Shown piece after piece: positions 22,022-42,340 of a stretch of DNA of 64,000 nucleotides. The position numbers were made by a program, and so were the translations under genes. This stretch comes from the human T2T-CHM13v2.0 reference genome, Homo sapiens. Under the pieces are notes generated by a model. That model did no database searches. It was given only the letters and a program-made list of their open reading frames with translations, and was not told the origin of the DNA. Position 1 is the stretch's first letter. Every line of letters starts with the position of its first letter. The stretch lies in the NCBI RefSeq assembly GCF_009914755.1, contig NC_060941.1. One strand, written 5' to 3'.

Positions 22022-25000
22022 TCATTTGAACCCCGGGAGGCAGAGGTTGCAGTGAGCCGAGATTGCGCCACTGCACTCCAGCCTGGGCAACAGAGAGAGA
22101 CGCCATCTAAAAAAAAAAAAAAAAGAAAGAAAATGGCGAGGAAGGACCCAAAGAACCCCTGAAAAGACAGCAATGCCCATCCCCAAGCCAGGAATATAAA
22201 GGAGGCAAGTCTGAGGAAGACAGACTATTCTGTTTTGAATATGTGGAGGGGCGATAATGACCAATAGGATGGTGGGGCCTGTAATATTCTCTATCTTAGG
22301 CTTCCTAACTCCTAAACTCCTAGTGAATATGCCGTTCTTTACACCACACTGTAACTTCTGTCAGTGAATAAGCTGGACTTCTTCAGAGAATTCTCCAGGG
22401 TAACAGGTCCTTAAGCCGTGTTATGTGGTGGTGCTGTTAAAGAGATGGCACTGTGACTGGACCTTAAGGCCACAGTAAACTTTTAAAATTCCTCTCCCCA
22501 GTATCCCGCTGGCTTAACCAACGGCCCCTCCCTTTGAGAACTGAGAGGATGGTAGTTCCTGGAGAGATCATCTGTCTTTATAAGGAGAAAAGTTTGGCAA
22601 TGTGATTTCCTGTATGTTTCTACCGGAGTCCAAGATTCCAGCAGTGCTAGCCTAGACAGCAGCGGCTGCATCCTAGAACCCAGAGGTCAGGAGTGCTCCC
22701 AAGTCAGCGTGAGGGCATCTTCCCAACTGCCTTTGCCAAGCCAAAAGGCAGAATCACGACTTTGTTACACCTTCTGGAGCATGTGGTCGAGGCGGCTTTC
22801 CATGTGGCTGCTTTGGTGCTGAGCCTGTTTACATGTTTCAGTAAATGAGTTATTGCTTATTGAAGTTGGCTGGCTAGGAGCTCGGAATAAACAACATATA
22901 ACCACAATGACACCACTCTCCAGGAGTACCAGAGTTCAGAGGGAAAGATCTGCTTGTATGTTCCACTCCCACGTGGATGCGTAGTTCTCAAAGCCTGGGA
23001 GGACTGGGGTGTCACTGTTCCCGGCTTTCTGATGGAATCAGACATAATGAGATGTCTTCCTGGTAGAAAGTGTATATGAAAGTACTTTGCACAATCTCAG
23101 AAGGAAAAGGGAGGGCACTGCTTTTAGAAAAATGTATGAGATCAAAGAAGTTTTCAGATGTTCTGCATTTTCTTCTTCAATTATAAAGAATTCATCTGAG
23201 CATAAAAGACTCCCTGGTCTCTGTAAGAAGTAAAAACTTCTTTCATACACAAAAGTTTTCCTACTTTATATACTTCTTTTTAGACTGTTTCATTTATTTT
23301 TTGTGGTATATTTATTAGTCTTCCCTGAAGTAGGCAGTGTTCATTAGAAGAACATGTTGAGACAATTAAGACCCCAAAGTTAATCTTTAATTTCTCCCTT
23401 CTTCCTGTGCCACCTGGATGACCTTGGAGTGTCCAGGAGTTCCTACACCCCATCTATGTGACAATTTACAGAATAATTTTTTTTTTAAGACAGAGTCTCA
23501 CTCTGTTGCCCAGGCTGGAGTTCACTGGCACGATCTTGGCTCACTGCAACCTCTGCCTACCCCAGGCTCAAGCAATTCTCATGCCTCCACCTCCAGAGTA
23601 GCTGGGATTACAGATGCATTACACTTGGCTAATTTTTGTATTTTTAGTAGAGACAGCGTTTCGCTATATTGGCCAGGCTGGTCTCAAACTCCTGACCTCA
23701 AGTTATCTGCCAACCTCAGACTCCCGAAGTGCTGGGACTACAGGCGCATGCGCCACCATGCCCAGCTAATTTTTGTATTTTTCATAGAGACGGGTTTCAC
23801 CATGTTGGCCAGGCTGGTTTCAAACTCCTTGCCTCAAGTGATCTGCCCACCTCAACCTCTCAAAGTGCTGGGATTACAGGCATGAGCCACCGTGACTAGC
23901 CCAAAGATGTTTCTTACTACTACTTATTACCATCTTCTGATTTACCAGACATTCCTCCACTCTTCAAATTGTCTCATAATGGGGGCTTTAACGGGCTTCA
24001 TTCACTGTGTGACTGTAGTGTTGCAGCTTTACCTTTCTTCCAGAGTTTTAGACATTGATATGAATCTGTTCAGTAAACATGGAGTCTTTACCATGAGTCA
24101 GGCGTATGCTCTGCAGCAAACAATATGCCAAGCGGTGGCCTCCTAGTGGCCGGAGGCCAGGTCTAACTCATTATTACCCCGCCCTAGCACAGTGTCCTTC
24201 CTTGCAGGTGTTCAGTCGATGTTTGTTGAATTAAGCTCACATCCTGCCTCTTTCATACTCATCGCATGAGTCGAGCTTAAGCAAAGGCCTTTTTTTCATC
24301 AAAAAGGAAACTCCCATCTTTTGCCTTTTGTCATGTTTCTTACCATCATGTTCCCATGACCTCTCACCTAGTAAGGACAAATTCTGTTCAACTCCAGTTT
24401 CTACAATTCCCAGCAGTTTGCTCCTGGAATGTTTAGAACAGCCTGTCTCATAGAAATAACACTGCAACCCATATACCTCATTTTAAAACAATGTACTGCC
24501 AGGCACGGTGGCTCATGCCTGTAATCCCAGCGCTTTGGGAGGCCGAGGCAGGTGGATTACCTGAGGTTGGGAGTTTGAGACCAGCCTGACCAACATGGAG
24601 AAACCCCGTCTCTACTAAAAATACAAAATTAGCTGGGCGTGGTGGCGCATGCCTGTAATCCCAGCTACTTAGGAGGCTGAGGCGGGAGAATCTTTTGAAC
24701 CTAGGAGGCAGAGGTTGCAGTGAGCCTAGACTGCACCATTGCACTCCAGTCTGGACAACAAGAGCAAAACTGTCTCAAAAATGACAATAACAATAAACAA
24801 TTTACTTGCTATGTTTCAAAAAGTATAAAAAAGGGCTGGACACAGTGGCTCACGCCTGTCATCCCAGCAGTTTAGGAGGCTGAGGTGGGAAGATCACTTG
24901 AGCCCAGGAATTTGAGACCAGCCCGGACAATATAATGAAACCTCGTCTCTACAAAATATTTAAAAATTAGCCAAGCATGGTGGCGCCTGCTTTCCCAGCT

Positions 25001-25506
25001 ACTCAGGAGGCTGAGGTGGGAGGATTGCTTGAGCTCAGGAGGTGGAGGTTGCAGTGAGCCAAGATTGTGCCACTGCATTCTAGTCTGGGTGACAGACTGA
25101 GACTCTGTCTCAAAAAAAAAAAAAAAAAAGGAAAGAAAAAGTGATGTCAGGCACAGTGGCTCATGTCTGTTATCCCAGCACTTTGGGAGGCTGAGGCCGG
25201 TGGATTGCTTGAGCTCAGGAGTTTGAAACCAGCCTGGTAAAAATGAAGAAAACCCTGTCTGTGCAAAAAATACAAACATTAGCAGGGCGTTGTGGCACAC
25301 AGCTGTGGTCCCAGCTACTCAGGAGATAGAGGTGGGAGGATGGCTGGAGCCAGAGGAGGTCAAGGCTGCAGTGGGCCATGATTGCACCACTGCACTCCAG
25401 CCTGGGCGACAAAGTGAGACTCTGTCTCAAAAATAATAATAATCAAGGCCAGGCACGGTGGCTCACGCCTATAATCCCAGTGCTTTAGGAGGCCCCGTCT
25501 CTACTA

Positions 25507-26358
<852 letters not shown>

Positions 26359-26700
26359 TAGGTAAAGTTTATAATTCAAAACCCATCAAGTTTCTTTTTT
26401 AGCAGTTCTTTGGGGGCATGATCAATTCCCCTGACCTTTCTTTTCATCTCTTCCTGTTTCACTGGCTCCCTAGAGTCAAATGATTAGGACTTTGTATCTT
26501 TTCCCCTTTTCCACAGCTGGAATGCCATACACTGACCTGACATTGTTTCCCAGAAACTTGAAATATTTACGTTGTTTATCTTAACTCCTTGTGCAAGCAT
26601 TCCTGCTTGCGGAAATGGTTTTCCATCTATTAATAAGATTGACATTGCATCATCTGAGACATTTCAGGGTGTAGGAGTAGGAAGTTATTTAAAAATATAA

Positions 26701-27067
<367 letters not shown>

Positions 27068-28574
27068 TGATACAGTTGAGGAAATATCTCTTAACATAAA
27101 TGACTGTTGGTTGGCCAGGTGCAGTGGCTCACACCTGTAATCCAAGGAGGGAGGGCCATTGGGAGGCTGAGGTAGGAGGATTACTTGAGCCTCAGAGTCT
27201 GAGACCAGCCTGGGCAACATAGTCAGACCTTGTCTCTACTAAAAATAAAAAAAATTAGCCGAGTGTAGTGGTGTACCACTGCAGCCCCAGCTACTCAGGA
27301 GGTTGAGGCAGGAGGATCACTTGAGCTTGGGAGGTTGAGGCTGCAGTGAGCCATGATTACACCACTGCACTCCAGCTTGGGCAAGAGAGTGAGACCCTAT
27401 CATCTCAAAAATAAAATAAAATAAAATAAATGATTGTTGGCCCAAAATGACAAGCTAGTGGTTAAAGCCATATTTGGTGGGTAGGTGGCAGAACAAGAAA
27501 GGGGTATCTGCTAAACTTTGGGCTCATGAGAGAAGATAGTGGGTTAGGGACATATGCGGTATGTTTTAAAAGAAAATTTTGGACAGGAATTCAAGTGTGA
27601 TACACATGGTGGTCAGGAGAATCACTAGTATGTATACTGCAAAGTAGAGTTTATAGAGCCTACAGAGCCAGTGAAGAGACATTTCAACACTTAAGCCTAG
27701 CCCAGACCAGAGCTCTGAGTTCATTGTTCTTTCTTTCTTTCTTGGACCACATTCTTTCCTGGAAAAAAGGTGAATATGCACACAGGCAAGATAACAAGCA
27801 ATAATTAGGAAGCTAGAATTGTAGCACTAAACATCCCAAAAAGCTTCTTCAGACAAGGTAGCATTGATCCCTGTATCCTTAACATCTTCCTCAGTGCCTG
27901 GCACTGAATAGATGATACTGGTTGAATGGATGAATTGGCTGATAATAGTGAATTGTTGGCATACTTAGTGAGTTCTAAGTGATGGGTAAAATATAGGAGA
28001 AAGATGTTGAAAGATGTTGTAGATTGAATAGTAAGGGTGGATAGGGGAGGGGAGTTTTCGGGGAGATCCCAGGGCTGGAAGTGGCGAATGCATGGGAAAA
28101 AACAGGTTCTACAGCTTAAGCTCTTGAGGAAAGATTGGGGAGGTAAGAGAGAAAGAGCTTGACAATAAGAAACAGTATGCATTCACACTGTGCTCATTGT
28201 CCACAGGGGTGCATTCTGGCTCTGCAGGATAATGTTTGACAACGTAATGTGCCAGTTATCCCATAATCTAAGAAATTACACTTTCAAAGTTTTCTGGATC
28301 TGTATGCCCAGGAGCTAAGGGAGCCAATGTTGTCCTCCTGGCTGACTGGCCATTATCTCCACACAAATCAAAGCACATTTCCAGTGCCACTCCATCTGAA
28401 GTTTTGACATCAGCATCTTGGTGTTAATTTTTAACTTAAAATCACAACTTTAAGAGCAAAAATTTTGTTATTCCAAGTAGACAAGAAAAAATTATTTTCC
28501 ATGTGAATGTTTTAACCCAAGCTTTAAAATATTTAGGCATTGGCCAGGTATGGTGGCTCACGCCTGTAATCTCA

Positions 28575-28781
<207 letters not shown>

Positions 28782-28837
28782 CTACTGCACTCTAGCCTGG
28801 GTGACAGAGCGAGACGCTGTCTCAAAAAAAAAAAAAA

Positions 28838-28872
28838 TACATACACACACACACACACACACATATATATGT
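28838..28872. repeat. (CA)n/(TA)n microsatellite at an Alu tail
   Basis: atacatacacacacacacacacacacatatatat. Confidence 0.9.
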
Positions 28873-30256
28873 AATAGGTAACCATACATATCAAATAATG
28901 CAGTTGTGGATCATAAAAAAGGGTCAAATAGCATAAGTAAATGGACCCAGAGCTCTGTCTAGTTGGGATTTGCTTCTAATGTTCACCTGCTAATGATTCC
29001 ACGAGTTGCCAAATTAGAAATATACTTGCCCCTATTGGTACCTCATGAATTTTCTCAAATATCAAATGATTTCAACTTACGACTTTCTTTCAAGTTAACT
29101 TCTAGTAAGGTTCCTCAGAATCAGATTAACCCCTGGTGAGATACTCAGTTACAGATCTTCATGAATGCTGGTTTAGTCTGGGAAATTGTTTCAGTCTGTG
29201 GATCTCTTCAATGCTTAAACAATTACTTTAACTTGTTTGGTAAAAATTATGATCTAATTATTTTTCAAGTGTACTTGGCTTAACGAAATGCAGCAGCGGG
29301 GTGTGCCTTTTAGCAGCAGAACCGACCACTTTTTACATTCCTTACAAATAAGATATGGTTCAGTATTTTAAATCATAGCAACAGTTGATAAGAAAAACAG
29401 CAAAAAGGTAATCATTTCCATATGGAAAGAAAAAGAAGAACCAGTGAAGCTGTGAACTGTCATTTTTCCATATAAAAGTCACTATTGGTAGATTTGGCAG
29501 AAAGGGCAAATGTTCCTATTTGTTAATCATTTTACATTTGTTAATATATTGCATGTGATGTGTTTTATGGAAATACAACATTCCCTTCAAACTCAGTTGT
29601 CAATTTCCAAGCACGTTTTGTCTTGGGTGAAACCCGTATCTTGTGCGTCAATTTCATCAAGTAACTATATTTCCTTGGTGATAATTTTCTCAACTTAGTG
29701 AAAAATTTAGGTGAAAATTCTTACCCCTTTTACTGAAAAGCATATAACCATCATCTGTACCAGCTGAATACCTATAAGTAATTTCATTCTTTTTTTTTTT
29801 TTTTGGAGACAGTCTTACTCTGTCACCCGGGCTGGAATGCAGAGGCACGATACCAGTTCACTGCAGCCTCGACCTCCCAGGCTCAAGTGATCCTCCCACC
29901 CAAACCTCCAAAGTAGCTCAGACCACAAGTGTATGCCACCACACCCAGCTAATTAAAATTTTTTTTTTTTTTTGGAGAGATGGGGGTCTTACTGTATTTC
30001 TCAGGCTGGTCTCAAACTCCTGGCCTCAAGTGATCCTCCCACTTTGCCCTCCCAAAGTGTTGGGATTACAGGTGTGAGCCACCATGCCCAGCCCATTATA
30101 AGTAATTTTAAAGCAATAATTGAATAAAATCAATATCTGCTCTGGCATTCCAAGATCCAAAACAAAATTTGAGCCAATTTTCTCATGCCCAAAAAGTTTA
30201 AGAAAAGCACACTAAGTACACATTTACCTATTTACTTTTGTACTTAAGCATAAGCA

Positions 30257-30283
30257 TTTATTACCAAAATCCTCATATTTATT
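30257..30283 (-). terminator. TUBD1: TUBD1 polyadenylation signals
   Basis: Two minus-strand AATAAA (tttatt at 30257-30262 and 30278-30283), ~0.8 kb beyond the stop codon. Confidence 0.7.
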
Positions 30284-30652
30284 TTTAAATAGCTGCTTAG
30301 AGTGGAAACTTGCCCTGTTACAGAATATTCAAAATACATGTTCACACTGTAGCATTTGACAACATCTCCCTCCTGTGGTTCAAAGCATTCATTTCAAACA
30401 TGAATATATTAAGTACAGAATTACAATTCCTTAGCTTGAAATTATGCTGTGAAAGTTTGGTTCATGCTTTGTGAGTTGTTTTTGGAGTTGTTTTGGAGTA
30501 AAGATTTAGGAACATGTAGACAAAGAGAATATTCTCTTTTCTTGGCTAGTTCCAGAGTCCCAACATTTCAGCAAAGTGTTTCCCCAAAGTTCTTTATAAA
30601 AGCACCATTTTTTTTTCTTACAAATGAAATACCAAGTGAATGTTTTCATTGA

Positions 30653-30993
<341 letters not shown>

Positions 30994-31074
30994 TGAAAAC
31001 TTTACAGAGAAAATAGTATTGAAAATATTTTAGTCCAGAAATGCCTTAAGGTATACTTTTCCCATTGTTCAAGA

Positions 31075-31177
31075 TCAGAGATTACAGTAACTGGCAACAA
31101 CCTGCTCTAATGACGTGAAACTGTCTAAAAAGTCCTCTTCTTCGATTCCAAATTTTGTGTACTGATGAATGTAGGCT
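31075..31177 (-). CDS. TUBD1: Delta-tubulin last coding exon (103 bp; [33 protein letters not shown])
   Basis: Acceptor ccag|A; TGA at 31077-31075; tubulin C-terminal AY/FxH motif; coding exons sum to 1362 nt. Confidence 0.96.
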
Positions 31178-31244
31178 CTGGTAGAAAAAAAAAAAAAACA
31201 GAAATTACAAAATAAAAAATGTCTGGCAAATGAGTAACTCTTAA

Positions 31245-31769
<525 letters not shown>

Positions 31770-32371
31770 TAACACCCTATATTCAGTATAAACTCTGAAA
31801 AGTGCCTGAAAAGTTTCATATAAGCCTTGAAACTAGAAAACACATCAGTCCAGTTCTAGGAATGGAGTGAAGCCTCCCAGGTGCTCCCAGGACATTTAAT
31901 TTGTAGTTATGCCAGGGTGGTCCTCTCAATCCCTCCCACCCCACAAAATTTTTTTTTTTTTTTTGAGACAGGGTTTTGCTCTGTCTCTGTCACCCAGGAT
32001 GGAGTGCAGTGGTGTGATCTCGGCTCACTGTGACCTCTGCCTCCTGGGGTGAAGCAATTCTTGTGCCTCAGCCTCCCAAGTAGCGGGAATTACAGGTGCG
32101 TACCACCACACCTGGCTAATTTTTGCATTTTTAGTAGAGGTGGGGTTTCACCATGTTGGCCAGGCTGGTCTTGAATTCCTGGCCTCAAGTGATCCACCTG
32201 CCTTGGCCTTCCAAAGTGCTGGGGTTACAAGCGTGAGCCACCATGCCTGGCTGCTCCCTGCAAATGTTCTGAGGCACAAAAATCATGTGCAAAAAGAATA
32301 TCAAGGGCAGACATGAATTAAATTGACATAATAATGGCTGCTACCATTTAACGAGAGTAGGAAGGGAATGA

Positions 32372-33100
<729 letters not shown>

Positions 33101-33296
33101 TTAGAAGCCTTGTCCACTCATTTGAAGAATTTTGCTTTGACTTAAGTAACTGTGGTAGAGATCAAGAAATCTGCTAAAACATGTTAGTATGAAGTAGACA
33201 TTTCTTAGTATCAAACCAAGTTGAATTTAATCATAATCTTATTGAGGAACATAAGGATCTTCCACTCTCCCAAGAATCTTATGTTTTTTAATTTAA

Positions 33297-33670
<374 letters not shown>

Positions 33671-34404
33671 TAGCCAGGATGGTCTTGAAATCCTGACCTC
33701 AGCTGATCTGCTCGCCTCAGCCTCCCAAAGTGCTGGGATTACAGGTGTGAGCCACCATGCCCGGCTGATGTTATTTTTGAAAACTATCTTATTGTCCCTG
33801 CTTCATAATAAAATTCTACTTTAATAATGTCAAACAATTACTGAGCATTTACTAGCCAGGCACTGTACTAGCTGTTTTACAAGATTATCTTATCTAATCC
33901 TCGTGAGAAATGTCCTCAGTTAGGACCCACTTATACAGATGAGGCAATGAAGCCTGAAGTCACGTGCCCAAGGCTTCATACCTTCACACCTACAAAGTAG
34001 TAACTATGCTTCCTGCAGATCGGACCTCATGCTTTAACGCTACAGTATCTGCTTATAAGTTAGAAAGGCTGCAGTGCATGGTGGCTTACGCCTGTAATGC
34101 CAGCACTTTGGGAGGCTGAGGTGGGCAGATCCCGAGGTCAGAAGTTCGAGACCAGCCTGAGCAACATGGTGAAACCCTGCCTCTACTAAAAATACAAAAA
34201 TTAGCTGGGTGTGGTGGTAGGCGCCTGTAATCCCAGCTACTTGGGAGGCTGCAGCAGGAGAATCACTTAAACCCGGGAGGCGGAGGTTGCAGTGAGCCAG
34301 TGAGCCAAGATCGTGCCACTGCACTCCAGCCTGGGCAACAGAGTGAGACTCTGTCTCAAAAAAAAAAAAAAAAAGAAAGGTTTGTAGACTTATTTTATAC
34401 TTAC

Positions 34405-34588
34405 TTTGAAGCAAACATATTCCATGCCTTCCCAACAATCATATCAAGTGGTTTTACTAAGAACTGGCTGTTGCTGACCAACACTGCAGACTTCTCATAT
34501 TTGCTAAAGGCCCGCTGGGTTTTCCACACGTTGAAAGCATTAACAGGCTTCAACCAGGAAGTATACAGAGCTGGATCTTTAAATCCCT
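34405..34588 (-). CDS. TUBD1: Delta-tubulin coding exon 7 (184 bp)
   Basis: ctag|AG ... AA|gtaagt; encodes [13 protein letters not shown]...AWNMFASK. Confidence 0.95.
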
Positions 34589-34898
34589 CTAGAGTAAAAA
34601 CAAGATAAGCCGTCTTTTTATAGCATAAATTAGTAATTGTGAAAACAAACAAACAGATATTTTCTTGTCTATTTCATCAGAGATCTTTTATTTTGCCTTT
34701 TAAAACTTGTGATGGCTGGTGCAGAGACTTCCAGAAATTTAGGAGGTGGAGGAGGGTAGATTGCTCGAGCCCAGGAGTTCGAGACCAGCCTGGGCAACAC
34801 AGTAAAACCCCATCTCTACTAAAAATAAAAAATATTAGCTGTACATGGTGGTGTGCATTCTTCTTAACACTTTTCTGAAAGGTGTGAATTATTACTAA

Positions 34899-35123
<225 letters not shown>

Positions 35124-35231
35124 TGATCCACCTGCCTCAGCCTCCCAAAGTGCTAGGATTATAGGCATGAGCCACTGCACTGGTCCCTTTCTTTTCTGTA
35201 CAATGAATATGGATCATTTATTCGAAAATAA

Positions 35232-35402
<171 letters not shown>

Positions 35403-36034
35403 TAATATTTTTATTTTTTGTAGAGATGGGGTCTCACTATGTTGCCCGAGCTGGTCTCAAATTTCTGGGCCCAAGCAATCGTCCCACCTCTGCCAAAGTG
35501 CTGGGATTACAGGTGAGAGCCACTGTGACTGGTCCTATTTTAAATTATTATTTGTTCTTTCTCTAAGGGGCATTACAGGGACTAGATTGTTCGGTTTTCT
35601 TTTTTCTTTTTGATAATGGATCTCACTCTTGTCGCCCAGGCTGGAGTACAGTAGCACCACCATCATTGGTCACTGCAGCCTCAAACTCCTGGGTTCAAGT
35701 GATCCTCCTGCTTCAGTCTCCCTAGTAGCTGGGACTACAGGTGTGCACCACTATACTTGGCTAAAGTTTAAAATTCTTTGTGGAGATGGGGTCTCGTTAT
35801 GTTGCCCAGGCTGGTTTCGAACTCCTAGCCTCAAGCGATCCTCCTGACTTAGCCTGCCAAAGTGCTGGGATTACATATACGTGCCACTGTGCTGGGCCTT
35901 GGTTTTCTTTGCATCACAACAAGAAGTAGCAAACATGATACTTGCTGAAGTCATGATAAAATGAGCCTGGAAACTTGCCATAGAAAAACAAAGCTAGTAA
36001 GAATAATGCCCTTTCAGCTGGGCGCAGTGGCTCA

Positions 36035-36382
<348 letters not shown>

Positions 36383-37300
36383 TCACAGATACCACTGGTT
36401 GTCCAGCAATTCCTGCTCCTTAGCAATTCCCGTTCACCCCTTCTTCCTTAGTATCAATTCCCCTAAACTTTAACTGAACTTGCAGTGAGGTGTGGCACAG
36501 AACTCAGTACCAGTCAATGGGACAGAAATTCAAGTGTGATATGTGACTTTGAGAAAAGGAGGCAAGCCTAGCTGGGCGCAGTGGCTCACGCCTGTAATCC
36601 CAACACTTTGGGAGGCTGAGGTGGGCAGATCACCTGAGGTTAGGAGTTTGAGACCAGCCTGGCCAACATGGAGAAACCCCGTCTCTACTAAAAATACAAA
36701 AATTAGCCAAGCATGCTGGCATCTGCTTGTAATCTCAGCTACTCAGGAGGCTGAGGCAGCAGAACTGCTTGAACCTGGGAGGCGGAGGTTGCACTGAGCC
36801 AAGATCACACCACTGCACTCCAGCTTGGGCAACAGAGTGAGACCCCGTCTCAAAAAAAAAAAAAAAAAAAAAAAAGGAAAGGAGGCAGGTCCTTCTCTGC
36901 TCATTTCTATAAGGAGGCAGCCAGATGGTAAAGTAAGGGTGACAGGGCAGCCAGATGTTCAGAAAACAATTCTTTTTTTTTTTTTTTTTAATAGAGACAG
37001 GGTCTTGCTCTGCTGCCCAGGCTGGAGGGCAGTGCCATAATGATGGCTCACTGCAGCCTTGACCTCCTAGGCTCAAGCTATCCTTCTGCCTCAGCCTCCC
37101 AAGTAACTGGGACTACATGCGTGTGCTACCACACCCGGCTAAAGGAATTATACTTTTATCTTGTTTAAACCACTTCTATATTGGTGTCTAGTCACATACT
37201 AACTGATGCCATGGTCAAATTTTGCCACTAAAACACACAGTTATTACTTTCCTTTCTCCAAGAACACAGGGACTTTTTAAAAACCATTTGTACCATATAG

Positions 37301-37714
<414 letters not shown>

Positions 37715-38156
37715 TAGTAGAGACGGGGTTTCACCATGCTGGCCAGGCTGGTCTCGAACTCCTGACCTCGAATGATCTGCCTGCCTCAGCCTCCCAAAAT
37801 GCTGGGATTACAGGCGTGAGCCACTGCACCCAGCCCAAAAGCAAGAGATTTTATAAATGGCTTTGAACAAGAGGAGAAAAATGGTCTTGTGGTATGTGTA
37901 TTTTAGGTTTTTTTTTTGGACAGGGTCTCTCGCTATGTCACCCAGGCTGGAGTGCAGTGGCTATTCACAGGTGTGATCATACCTCACTGCAGCCTCAAAC
38001 TCCTGGGCTCAAATGATCCTCCCGCCTTATCCTCTGATGTAGCTGGGACTATAGGCATCATTTTTCCTGTTTAAAAGGGAGGGTCTACCAATTCTCCTAT
38101 GCCTACTCCACTAGACTTTGTTGGGGCAAAAAATTGTACTCAAAGGGCTATACTCA

Positions 38157-38480
<324 letters not shown>

Positions 38481-38719
38481 CTAATGGGATGTAACTTTTG
38501 GGGGCTTTGGGAGGGGAGGAGTGTACTGTGCATGTGGGAGGACATGACTTAGGGACAGCGCAGAGAACAGTAGTCAGCCTCCAAAATGACCCCAATCATC
38601 TTTGCTTCCTGGTATTCAAGCCCTTGGGCAGTATGCTCTCACACTGGAGAGGGCTGACCTTAACCAAAAGGATGTTGCAGAAATAACATCACAAAAGGTC
38701 ACAAAAGGTGTTAACTTCA

Positions 38720-39356
<637 letters not shown>

Positions 39357-39470
39357 TCACGAGTTCAAGAGATCGAGACCATACTGGCCAACATGGTGAA
39401 ACCCCATCTCTACTAAAAATACAAAAATTAGCTGGGCGTGGTGGCACACGCCTGTAGTCCCAGCTACTCA

Positions 39471-39617
<147 letters not shown>

Positions 39618-41639
39618 TTATGGTGGTACACACCTGTAGTCCTAGCTATAGGAAGCTGCGATAGGAGGATCACTTGAGCCCAGGAGTTTGAGGCTGCATT
39701 GAGCTATGATTGCGCCACTGCACTCCAGCCTACGTGACAGAGTGAAACCCCATCTCAAAAACAAAACAAAACAAAATCTTCCCACAGAGCAAAGAATATA
39801 TGAAGAGTTATAAAACTAGATCCTTCAACCTGGTTTGTGCCATATATATATATTTATTCATATACTATTCATACATGTGTATGAAAACATTTATATGTTC
39901 AAACTATACAACTGTGAAAAAATGCTGACACCCGGCCGGGCATGGTGGCTTCTGCCTATAATCCCAGAACTTTGGGAGGCCAAGGCGGGCAAATCACAAG
40001 GTCAGGAGTTCAAGACCAGCCTGGCCAATATGGTGAAACCCCGTCTCTACTAAAAAAATACAAAAATTAGACGGGCATGGTGGTGCGCACCTGTAGTCCC
40101 AGCTATTTGGGAGGCTGAGGCAAAAGAATCGCTTCAACTGGGAGGCAGCGGTTGCAGTGAGCCAAGATCGCGCCACTGCACTCCAGCCTGGGTGACAGAG
40201 CAAGATTCTGTCCCCCCCGCCAAAAAAAAAAAAGAAAAAAGAAAAAATGTTGACACCCTAAAAGTTCCACATGGGAACTCAGCAAACTGTGGTTTATTGA
40301 CCTAAGAGAGCTCAGAGCAGCATGTCTCACATGACTCTAAGGAACATTGTGTTCCTTGTGGTATTAACAGGTATTGCTCGAAAAACAGGTACTATGGCCA
40401 AAAAATTCAGGAAGCACTATTTTTACATGTAAACTTTCTACTTATCTCCAAACCTCTGGCACTATAATCTAAAATCCGTAAGATATTACAAATAAATGTT
40501 GAGAAAATCTACTCTCATAGTATAAAAGCCTAACTTAATTTGTGGTATAATATATGCTATTAATACCTAGTAGTGATTTCTAGTTACACACGACAGACTG
40601 AGCATATCAGTTTCCTGCCACTCTCTCTCCAGATCCTGCTTAATCACTAAAAGGATAAGCACAAACAAGAAAAAAAGGAACAGGAGAGAATATAACAGCA
40701 ACAAAATTTTGGAGCTGGAGAGCAAATGGTTACTGACTGCACAACAAGAAAAAGCTAAAAATTTTGCCCACAATTGAGGTCCTGGAAGTAGACCAGACAC
40801 TTTTCAAAGTGAAAAAAAGGCTGGGCACGGTGGCTTATATCTGTAATCCCAGCACTTTGGGAATTTGAGGCATGTGGATCACTTGAGGTCAGGAGTTCAA
40901 GACCAGCCTGGCCAACATGATACAACCCCATCTCTACTAAAAATACAAAAATTAGCTAGGTGTGGTAGTACACATTCATACATTGGTAATCCCAGCTACT
41001 TGGAATTCCGACTAAGGTGGGAGGATCACCTGAACCTGGGAGGTGGAGGTTGCAGTGAGCCAAGATGATGCCACTGCATCATCTTAGGCGACAGAGTGTG
41101 ACTCCATCTCACAAAAAAAAAAAAAAAAAAAAAAAAAAATCAAAGTGTAAAAATACAGGAGGATTAACTAAAAATCTATTTGAGAAGCAGTGAGAGCCCC
41201 TTCCCCACTCCCTGCAGTAGGAGGAGTGCGCTCTTCCACCCTAGAAGGTTTCTGCTGTGAAAAGGCTAAACCTGGGAGGCTCTGGCCTCAGTGACACCTG
41301 GCACAGCCCTGTAGAGAACCTTTGGAAAACCAGGTCACGAAGTAGCAGCTTTCGCAGGAAAGTGTAACAGTCCATGTCTTCCCCGTCCAGCTCTGAAAAG
41401 GCTGGCAGCCAGGCTTATCATGCCTTCAGGAAAGAGATGGAGGAGGAAGCAACTGATCAAGAGATAAGATACGCTGAGTATGATATTTGGAAGTCCAGCA
41501 ATAAAATGGCCAGGCAGATCACCTTACTGTGAAACCCACACAAGTCTGCAATGTCCGTAAGGGTCCATTCAGTGCCCGGAGCAACTAACTCAGCAAATAA
41601 TCACTGAGCGTTTACCGTTCCAGGCTCCAAAGATGCAAC

Positions 41640-42340
41640 AGTAAACCAAATAGATTAAATAAAGCTTACCTTCTACTGAGATAAACCAAAGACCCATGTC
41701 AAGTACTTTCAGAATGCTGGGGACAAAGAGAAAATCCTAAAAGCTTCAAGAGATAACAAAATAGGATTGGGAATCAGAACAACCTGAGACTTCTCAACAG
41801 CAACGCTGCAAGTGAGAAGATGATAGAGCAATGGCTTCGAAATACTCAGTAAAAAGAAAATGATTCCCAACCTAGAATCCTATCCCTGGCCAAACTATCA
41901 TTCAAATGCAATGGCAGAACAGAATTATGATATTTATTTATTTTTGAGACAGGGTCTCGCTCTGTCGCCGAGGCTGGAGTGCAGTGACACGATCTCAGCT
42001 CACTGCAACTTCCCTCTGCCTCCCAAGTTCAAGCAATTCTCCTGCCTTAGCCTCCTGAGTAGCTGGGACTACAGGCGCCCGCCACCATGCCTGGCTAATT
42101 TTTTGTATTTTTAGTAGAGACGGGGTTTCACCATGTTAGCAAGGATGGTCTCGATCTCTGACCTCATGTTTCACCTGCCTTGGCCTCCCAAAGTGCTGGG
42201 ATTACAGGTGTGAGCCACTGCACCCGGCCAGAATGAAGATATTTGTAGCCTCAAACATTTTAATTTCCTTGTACTCTCTTAGGGAGCTCCTGAAAGGTAT
42301 GGTCCATCAATATGAGGGAATAAATCAAGAAAGCAGATTT
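41640..42340 (+). mobile_element. Old L1 ORF1-region fragment, Alu-interrupted
   Basis: gacttctcaacagcaac...caacctagaatcctatccctggccaaactatcattcaaatg resembles the L1 ORF1 C-terminal (PRILYPAKLSF-type) region. Confidence 0.6.
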
